Below, in pieces: positions 59,885 through 64,000 of a DNA stretch of 64,000 bases. The DNA comes from Octopus bimaculoides. Taxonomy: Eukaryota. The notes below the pieces were generated by a model. That model did not search any database. It saw only the letters and a program-made list of their open reading frames with translations, and was not told the DNA's origin. The position numbers and the translations under genes were made by a program. The stretch covers positions 13,453,925 through 13,517,924 of the forward strand of contig NC_068987.1 of assembly GCF_001194135.2 (NCBI RefSeq), given 5' to 3'. Position 1 is the first letter of the stretch, and each line of letters opens with the position of its first letter.

Positions 59885-60682
59885 TTCTCAGGTCATAGGC
59901 ACAAACAGCTTGTTTCCCAAATTCTGTGGTGTATAAATTACTCTACTGGAGAGGATGCTGGCCCATTGCAAGATAACGCATTTTTGCCAGCTGAGCAGGC
60001 TGGAGCAATATGAAATAAAGTGTTTTGCCTGAGAACCAGTACAGTGCCTGGTCCAGAATCGAAACCACAAACTTACAATCATGAATGCAACACCCTAGAC
60101 ACCAGGCTACATACCTCCACAAACACACACATATATGGATGGGTCTCCACTGTTCGCTAATGAGGGCTCAGTTGTCTAATCAACTGAATTACCTGCTCAC
60201 TGAAATAGCATGTAAGTGGCTGAGTACTCCACAGATATGTGTACCTTTAATGTAATTCAGAATTGGCAAGGCACAGGGTAATTCTACCTTCTGAATTACA
60301 GGTCCAATCAATCTGTTGAGCTTCTGTTTCCTCAATTTCTCTCTCAAGGTATAGGTTGACCTAAGGCTGTAGAAAATGACATTTGCCCCAGACACCACTC
60401 AGAGGCAAACTTAAGCATTTAACCATATCACACACACACACTCTATTGTTGACTGAAGATTAACTCAGTTTCCTTATTGTATAAGTGACTGAGATTACAA
60501 TGTTCCCTCCTGGATGGGATACCAGCCTGTCACACAGTTAACTTCCTAGCTACCTGTAGAACTCATTGACAGCTGAGTGAACTGGAGCAGCATGAAACGA
60601 AGTGTCTTACTCAATGCACTGCAGGAATTGAAACCATGATCTTACAATCCTGAGTGCAAGACCCTAACCACTAGGCCAAGCA
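59885..60682 (-). mobile_element. Cluster of F/G/A-type SINE copies
   Basis: Two gagcaatatgaaataaagtg...gaatcgaaaccac-type heads, plus a family G body fragment and a family A fragment. Confidence 0.7.
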
Positions 60683-61259
60683 CAATCATAAAGCCATATT
60701 TACCACATATTAAACATACACAACAATTTTATCTATCTATCTATTTGCATTCTTCTCTCTGACATATTTTCTTAAGAGTCTTTTTCTCTTTCTTTTGTGT
60801 GCATGAGTGCTGAAGAGGCTTGATTACTTTTTAGTATCTTTTTTTTTTTGCCAAATTATTAATGCTCTGATTAATATTCATGTAAATATTAATGTATTAT
60901 TAAGGTTTCATAAAATTTTTTTTGTGGACGTTTAACAATAGGCTTGAGGCCTCCACATGAGCTGCAGTGGCTCATTATGTGGAATGCAATAATTTTAAGA
61001 ACAGTATCAGAACTGATACTAATATCCTGTGTAGAAGCAATTACACAGGCACCCACAAAATCAAATTAGCTAAGTCTCCTCAAACCAGAGCCTACTGTCT
61101 TAAGTAACAAAGAATGCATTGAAGAATGCACACTCTGATACATATATATATATATATATNNNNNNNNNNNNNNNNNNNNNNNNNNNNNNNNNNNNNNNNN
61201 NNNNNNNNNNNNNNNNNNNNNNNNNNNNNNNNNNNNNNNNNNNNNNNNNNNNNNNNNNN

Positions 61260-61290
<31 letters not shown>

Positions 61291-62271
61291 CAATGCACAT
61301 GCAACAGGTAGCGATGTCAAGCAATGCTACTCCACCATTATTGCTGCTGCCACACTATCTATGCAGCAATAATGCAATACATCTGTTTCAATACCATACT
61401 CAGACGTGTGTGTATTTTGCACAAGGGCAGAGTCATTTAAAATCTATCAAGCTCTATTTGGTACAAAGATTTAATCCTGCGAAGTCACTTAAGTGAGATG
61501 TCCCTAACAATTTCTCCAAAGAATCTTAATATCATATTATATATAGATATATATATATATATATATATAATCAAGGTAATTTTCCAATTTACCATTAAAC
61601 TAAAAAATAGAACAGATGATGAAGTTAACTGGAGAGACAGATAGTGGTGATAGTTTTTTAATGTCCCCCAAGACACTTTTGATATCAAATATCCATATAG
61701 TAGTGCTCAAATAGCTGTTGATGAGTTGTTAAAAGTGCAGTAGTTGTAGATAATAAGAATGTGAGCTGGTCCTTCTGAAAGTAGTGCTGCTCTGACATAC
61801 CATCTATTAATTAGTTGTAAGCTAAATCATTCTTAGATTGTTTAATTAATTTTAATATATATCTATCTATCTCTAAGACAAACACTGGTTTATGTAAACC
61901 ACTGTCAGTCAGTGCATGCATTAGTGTGAAAGTGTACCCATGCATCTATGTGTATGCGTGTGCACCTAAATAATAGTGGTGTATGAGAATGTGATTGATG
62001 AAATACACTTAAGAATATTAGCATCAAGTTTGAAAATTTGTATCATTTTTTTTTAGGAAAAAAATATTCAATTTACATTAAAAAAAAAAAAAAACTGAAA
62101 AATAAAAATCAACAAAACTTTCTGATTCCATCCAGTATTACATAGTTAGAGAAGCAAATAGAAATAAGAGTTGTTCCTGAAATGCTAGCAATTTACTGTG
62201 CCTCAGAGGGGAACTTTCTAGGTGCTACCCCATAGTCATTCATGATTGAAGGGGGTCTTTACTCTTATATA

Positions 62272-62434
62272 CTGTATTTTAACTTGTATAAAGAACCATT
62301 TTTTTGTCAAAAATTAGGTTTAAAAAAATATGGGAGTTTCTTAAACATGGATAGTATTATAAGTCCTTACAAGACTTTTATCCAAATTTTAAGCCCCCAA
62401 AATTAAGGGGTTCCTTATACATGTTAAAATACGG
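62272..62434. mobile_element. Tc1/mariner-type (Tc2/pogo-like) MITE
   Basis: TA flanks and an imperfect inverted repeat of about 26 bp (ctgtattttaacttgtataaagaacc / ggttccttatacatgttaaaatacgg). Confidence 0.7.
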
Positions 62435-62679
62435 TATGCATGTGCATGCATACACATACATACATTCTCTCTCTAGGAGTGTACACACACATTAAATTAA
62501 ATAACCCCATTTCGTGTTACTCTAGATTAAATAATACTTGCAAGAGTATTGCACACCTTTATATTCATTATTACATTGTTATCATCTCATGTTTCAGCAG
62601 ACAACCAACTAAAATTAAGTAGTATGATAACACATTGCATGTTCAGACATGCAGTTCAAATCTTATCTACATAGGTACA

Positions 62680-62836
62680 GGAGTGGCTGTGTGGTAAGAA
62701 GCTTGCTTCCCAACCATACAGTTCTGGGTTCAGTCCCACTGCGTGGCACCTTGGGCAAGTGACTTCTACTATAGCCTCGGGCCGACCAAAGCTTTGCGAG
62801 TAGATTTCATAGCCACGAAACTGTAAGAAGCCTGTC

Positions 62837-62886
<50 letters not shown>

Positions 62887-62974
62887 NNNNNNNNNNNNNN
62901 NNNNNNNNNNNNNNNNNNNNNNNNNNNNNNNNNNNNNNNNNNNNNNNNNNNNNNNNNNNNNNNNNNNNNNNNNN

Positions 62975-63005
<31 letters not shown>

Positions 63006-63198
63006 ATCCCCCCACCATTGCTTGACAACTGATGTTGGTGTGTTTACGTCCCCGTAGCTTAGCAGTTCGGCAAAAGAGACCAACAGAATAAGTACTAAGC
63101 TTACAACAAATAAGTCCTGGGGTCGATTTGTTCAACTAAAGGCGGTGCCCCGGAATAGTCACAGTCAAGTGACTGAAACAAGTAAAAGAGTAAAAGAG
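62680..63198 (+). mobile_element. SINE family A with an expanded internal (TG)n and an N gap
   Basis: Very similar to 8811-9195. Confidence 0.88.
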
Positions 63199-64000
63199 TC
63201 AATGATGAGTACATTGTTAACTTGGTTTGTCATGACGCAGAGTTTGTCAAAATATATTTTACTTATCACTCCTTATTCCCTCACCAAATTGGTATGAATG
63301 TTAGTTTTAGTTTTCAGTTCGGTTCCCTAAAGTAGAGGAGAGAATCTGCCCTGTTCAAGGTCTGGTATATTTAGAAATTTCACTCAAATAATACACAGAC
63401 CACAGAACATATATAACAACTGAAGTGTAGTTACTTCATTTTATCTGCAATAGTGCAAAGATTCTGCTAAGGTAGGTAGGTAGGTGTGTGTGTGTGTGTG
63501 TGTGTGTGAGAGCACCCAAAAAACTGCAGCCTACTCTATCCTCAAACAGAACTCAAGTCTGAAGGAAGCAGCCATTTGTTGATTACCAACCATGGCACAA
63601 CTAAGATAGCAGGGTTCTTTTTTGTTTTTGCTTTCTTTTTTTTTTTTGTTTTGTTTGGTTTTAGCAGAGGACTCTTATAATTTATTTGCCTCAGTAACTA
63701 TGTAAAGTGGATATGAATAGAAAGTGTATACAGTTTGTATAAAGAAAAGCAAAAGGATGAAGAGGTACAAAAGAAAGGAAAAAAAAAAGAGACGGAGAGA
63801 GAAAGAGATGATTAAAAAAATATTAAGACAACATTAAGCACCTATTCACACTCAGAAACACAACAAACACTCAAAAGAGGAAAGGGACAAAGAATAAATC
63901 CATTAAACTGGCATGCTGCTTGACTGAAATAAAGGATGCTATGTAAAGAAAAGGAAACATTGAAAGATTGGAAGAACAATATACAGACAACAGGTCTTGA

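Overview
Repeat-rich, AT-rich animal genomic DNA with eight N gaps. It is most likely an octopus-type cephalopod, inferred from the SINE and microsatellite landscape, not from a database match. The window lies inside one large minus-strand gene, liprin-alpha (PPFIA/SYD-2 family presynaptic active-zone scaffold). Nine exons join in a single open frame with canonical GT-AG sites from 38590 down to 18450: the IKCE-SSPPTPR linker, the SSQDSLHK/KKRGIKSSIGRLF segment and all three SAM domains. The N-terminal coiled coils lie beyond 64000. I could not find the canonical RRAPSW...TYSC tail. Two further frame-compatible cassette exons are predicted (33 nt at 28313-28345; 90 nt at 58983-59072). The introns hold at least four tRNA-derived SINE families, TTAA-flanked piggyBac-like MITEs, a Tc1/mariner-like MITE and an R4/Dong-like LINE remnant. 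The best second-look signals are the predicted cassette exons and alternative C-termini, one SINE family found only in gene-sense orientation and embedded in (TAA)n arrays, and fold-back or inverted repeats that could be ADAR substrates. No prokaryotic-type system, CRISPR array or intact RNA gene is present. Repeat boundaries were placed by eye and are approximate; family letters are my own labels.
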